Origin: Actinomycetota bacterium
Lineage (GTDB): Bacteria > Actinomycetota > CADDZG01 > WHSQ01
Assembly (NCBI GenBank): GCA_050693655.1
Contig: JBOGWW010000295.1
Coordinates: 1 to 39,599 of the forward strand
Reading direction: 5' to 3'
DNA: 39,599 bases
Below are positions 36,891 through 39,599 of the stretch, piece after piece (position 1 is the stretch's first letter; the number at the start of each line of letters is the position of its first letter). The translations under genes and the position numbers were made by a program. The notes under the pieces are model-generated. The model saw only the letters and a program-made list of their open reading frames with translations, was not told where the DNA came from and made no database searches.

Positions 36891-38462
36891 TTACCGGCGG
36901 AACCTCTTTGTCGACGACCGGCCGCCGAGGCATCTGATCGTCCCGGCTCCATCCTGGATCATTAGTCGTTTTACGACCGCGTAGTAGCGCCCTCTGCCGC
37001 CCCGCTTGTGGGGGGCCGACCATTTCCCGTTGCCGCGGCTGGTCGTGCGGGCGACGACCCTGTCTTTCCCCCGTCGTACCTTCTTGATTACCAGCTTCCG
37101 ACCTGAGATACAGCGTGCGTCGTCGGACTTCACCTTTCCGAGGAAGCGGTGCGGCCGGGCACGATGCTTCAGATTGGTTTTCGACTCGGCGGTGTTGGCG
37201 GGCGGCCCTGAGCCGCCCAGCCGGTTCCACCAGTAGTGGGAGCCGCCTGAGGCCATGACCACGATGCCGGAGGCGGCGGTCGCGTTGGCCTTCATGGAGG
37301 TCGCGTTGTTGATCGCCTCCCCGTTCCCTCCCCGGATGAAGGGCGTCGAATGCGTCGGGAACGAAATGTCATCGAGCGAGGTCGCCTTGTATTCGATCCC
37401 CTCGGCGAGATGCCCCTCGTCGATGGTCATGAACACGTAGGCCTTGTTCTCGCTCGGGTCGACGTGCAGCACTGCGATGGGGCGGGTCTTGTCCCCCTCC
37501 GAGCGGAACGTCACGGGATGGGGCTCCCAGGACCCCGATGGGGACCGCACGAGGAGGCGGATGATCGGCTGCTCATCGGCCGTGTGGCTGGTCTTGACGA
37601 CCGAGAAGATCTGATCTTGTGCGGTCTTCATGTTGATGTGGTCGTTGGCCTCCAGCGCACCACTCAGAGCCGTCTCCTCGCTCCACGAGGTGTCGGGAGC
37701 GCCATCACGGTGCACCGCGAAGGAGATCTTGTCGGCGCTCTGGTTGGACCACATCACTCCGATGGCGGGCCCGGTGTTGTCCGAGAAAGAGACGACTGCC
37801 GAGATGTCGTCAACGAGCACGCCGGTTGCCCCCAACACCGGTATCACGAACGGGACTCCCCACTGGGTGTGGTCGCTGCCCTCGGTCCGGGCGACGTATA
37901 TCTCGCCTCCCTGCTCGTAGCTCACCCAGAGGTTGTCGAGGCTGTCGCGCGCCAGGGTCAGGGCCTCCGGCCTCGTGCCCGGTACGGTGACCGGGACATC
38001 GAAATCGGTGTCGGGTGAGTAGCTTCCGCTCGCGTAGGTGAACCGCATCAGCTTGTTATCGCCCGCGTCACCGTTGGCGCGCGCCAGGATGTACAGCTTG
38101 TTTCCGAGCGACAGGACGTCCTCTTTGATCGAGGGTCTCGAGTCGATGACCACTCCGGTGCTGACCCAAGTCTCGTCGGCGAGTCGATGGATGGTGTGGG
38201 CCCCCTCCAGCTCCGGGTCGAGCATCGCGGCCCACCACTCGCCGTCGTGGAACCACAGCTTGGACTCCGGCTTCTGCCCGGTGATCGCCCGACCCGAGGG
38301 CTCCGCGTCGAAGCCACCGTAGGCATGCGATTTGAAGCCGACCTGCGAGCTCTGCTGAGCAACTGCTTGCGGGGGCACGATCTGAAGCATCGTGGCCAAC
38401 ATCACAAGTCCTAGAAGCGCAGCACCCCAACTGCGACGCCTTCCCCAACCTCGCTCCGCCAT
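36891..38462 (-). CDS. Secreted BNR/sialidase-like beta-propeller protein with a basic C-terminal beta-sandwich-like tail
   Basis: It has a twin-arginine-like signal (RGWGRRRSWGAALLGLVMLA...AVAQQ) and degenerate Asp-box-like motifs (GSDHTQWG, APDTSWS, SPSGSWEP). The C-terminus (CISGRKLVIKKV...GNGKWSA...GRYYAVV...C) resembles carboxypeptidase-regulatory-type domains. Confidence 0.5.
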   Translation of the reverse strand: MAERGWGRRRSWGAALLGLVMLATMLQIVPPQAVAQQSSQVGFKSHAYGGFDAEPSGRAITGQKPESKLWFHDGEWWAAMLDPELEGAHTIHRLADETWVSTGVVIDSRPSIKEDVLSLGNKLYILARANGDAGDNKLMRFTYASGSYSPDTDFDVPVTVPGTRPEALTLARDSLDNLWVSYEQGGEIYVARTEGSDHTQWGVPFVIPVLGATGVLVDDISAVVSFSDNTGPAIGVMWSNQSADKISFAVHRDGAPDTSWSEETALSGALEANDHINMKTAQDQIFSVVKTSHTADEQPIIRLLVRSPSGSWEPHPVTFRSEGDKTRPIAVLHVDPSENKAYVFMTIDEGHLAEGIEYKATSLDDISFPTHSTPFIRGGNGEAINNATSMKANATAASGIVVMASGGSHYWWNRLGGSGPPANTAESKTNLKHRARPHRFLGKVKSDDARCISGRKLVIKKVRRGKDRVVARTTSRGNGKWSAPHKRGGRGRYYAVVKRLMIQDGAGTIRCLGGRSSTKRFRR

Positions 38463-38642
38463 GCCGATTCTCCCCTTCGCCGGGCTGCGATCAGCTCGCA
38501 GGCAACCCCTCTGACGAGAGTCATTCTCGGTTGATAAGGGGGTATTGCACCAGGCACTTCGGTGGATTTCCGGCTAGGTAGTTTGCGCAAATCGCCACCC
38601 GCTCTCTTTGGAGAGGGCCCAGGAGCCGACGCTGAGGATCCA

Positions 38643-39599
38643 CTAGGGCCCGGGCTTGAGCGCCACCAGGTGAGCGATGCTGGGGGCGTCCTTGGCGGCG
38701 GTGGCGACCCGCTCACCGGTGGCCCCGGTGGCGGCGCGCGCCTCGGTGGCGCCGGCCGAGGTGATCTTGGACGAGCCCGTGGAGGCGAGGTCCCAGCGCT
38801 CGGTCATGCCCGAGGGCGGTGCGATCTGGGTGGCGCCCCGGATGGCGAAGGAGCCCACCAGCATGGTGTCGGGCACCGTGGTCGTGATGGAGGGCGCGGT
38901 GATGAGCGTCGACGAGGCGTTGACCTGGCCGCCGGAGGCGTCGACCGGGGCTCCGGTGTCGACCCCGGAGAAGGCCGCGATGCCGCCCGCCGCGCCGCGC
39001 TCGACGGGGAAGGTCCAGGTGTAGGAGGCCGGCTCCGAGGAGCCCGCGCTGCGGTAGTAGGTCTCGAGCTTCAGCGCCGAGCCGTTGACGTCGGAGCGGA
39101 TCAGGGTCCAGCCCACGGGCGGCGTCACCTGGGGCTTGCCGCGCACGTCGATCGAGGCGAGCATGACGTCGCCCGCCGCCACCCCGGCGGGCCGGTCGAT
39201 CGAAAGCGTGGTCGCGGTCGCGTTGGCCGCGGAGCTGGCCGCCACGAAGCTGATGTCGGTTGGGGCGCCGGGCTCGGTCACGGTGATCGTCACGGTCGCG
39301 GGGTTGGAGTCGAGCTCCCCGTCGGACGCCTTGAAGCTGAAGCTGTCGGTCCCGGTGAAGCCCGAGGCCGGGGTGTAGGTCACCTCGGCGGTGTCCGAGT
39401 TGGGGCTCTCGGTGCTGCAGGCCCTGTCGGTGAGCGCAGACAGGGTCCCGCTGGCCGGCGAGGTGGTGGTCGAGAAATCGAGCTCGCAGGTCTCGGGATC
39501 GGTGGCCGACAGGGTCACGGTCACGGCGGTGTCGGCCGGGGTCGTGGCGCTCGCGTCGGCCGCCGTGGGAGCGCTGTTGGGGGGAGGCTCTGAGCTGCC
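38643..39599 (-). CDS. C-terminal part of a large secreted Ig-like/cadherin-like repeat protein ending in the same uncharacterised ~190-aa module; runs off the right edge
   Basis: The frame is open to the window edge (GSSEPPPNSAPTAADASATTPADTAVTVTLSATDPE...). The repeat signature is EVTYTPASGFTGTDSFSFKASDGELDSNPATVTITV. The last 190 aa align almost without gaps to the C-terminus of the ORF at 34803. Confidence 0.7.
   Translation of the reverse strand, partial: GSSEPPPNSAPTAADASATTPADTAVTVTLSATDPETCELDFSTTTSPASGTLSALTDRACSTESPNSDTAEVTYTPASGFTGTDSFSFKASDGELDSNPATVTITVTEPGAPTDISFVAASSAANATATTLSIDRPAGVAAGDVMLASIDVRGKPQVTPPVGWTLIRSDVNGSALKLETYYRSAGSSEPASYTWTFPVERGAAGGIAAFSGVDTGAPVDASGGQVNASSTLITAPSITTTVPDTMLVGSFAIRGATQIAPPSGMTERWDLASTGSSKITSAGATEARAATGATGERVATAAKDAPSIAHLVALKPGP

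Overview
This is a 39.6-kb high-GC, densely coding chromosomal segment that looks like Actinomycetota. From memory, the order secA - comF - ahcY - SIS isomerase - phosphomannomutase - DUF3499 - whiB - fbiA/cofE matches the M. tuberculosis Rv3240c-Rv3262 neighbourhood. I support 34 protein-coding genes. Positions 1-33.5 kb are mostly housekeeping: ftsE (partial), an R2lox-like di-metal protein, prfB with its programmed +1 frameshift, a PepX/S15 peptidase that appears 5'-truncated, secA, an orphan LuxR response regulator, comF, an MscS channel, a DinB-like protein, ahcY, a SIS PGI/PMI, and a 57-aa Trm112-like ORF missing from the ORF track. The block continues with phosphomannomutase, whiB, a GNAT, a Zn-ribbon miniprotein, DUF3499, an alpha/beta hydrolase, a DUF559 endonuclease-like cassette, kynA, an L,D-transpeptidase, CBS, a cystathionine gamma-lyase/synthase and a class-I amidotransferase. 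It ends with a 1060-aa GT2 membrane glycosyltransferase and its coupled DUF5719-like partner, fbiC, fbiA, cofE and DUF3105. Positions 33.5-39.6 kb look accessory. They hold four secreted proteins: two alginate-lyase-like paralogues, a BNR/sialidase-like propeller, and an Ig-repeat protein that runs off the window. Two of these share an uncharacterised ~190-aa C-terminal module, and the intergenic DNA there is unusually rich in CTAG palindromes. This island is my best candidate for an undescribed system, but its function is inferred only. Non-coding highlights are: (1) a ~65-nt multi-hairpin repeat family with at least 3 copies, all co-oriented with local transcription, two of them in tandem in the secA leader; (2) a ~140-nt element closed by a perfect 12-bp stem and followed by an intrinsic terminator, a candidate structured sRNA; (3) 47-nt direct repeats bracketing the DUF559 gene. 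I saw no rRNA, tRNA, CRISPR, transposase or integrase. Most long ORFs antisense to the called genes are high-GC shadow ORFs. All identities and GC statements are by eye, and nothing was searched against databases.
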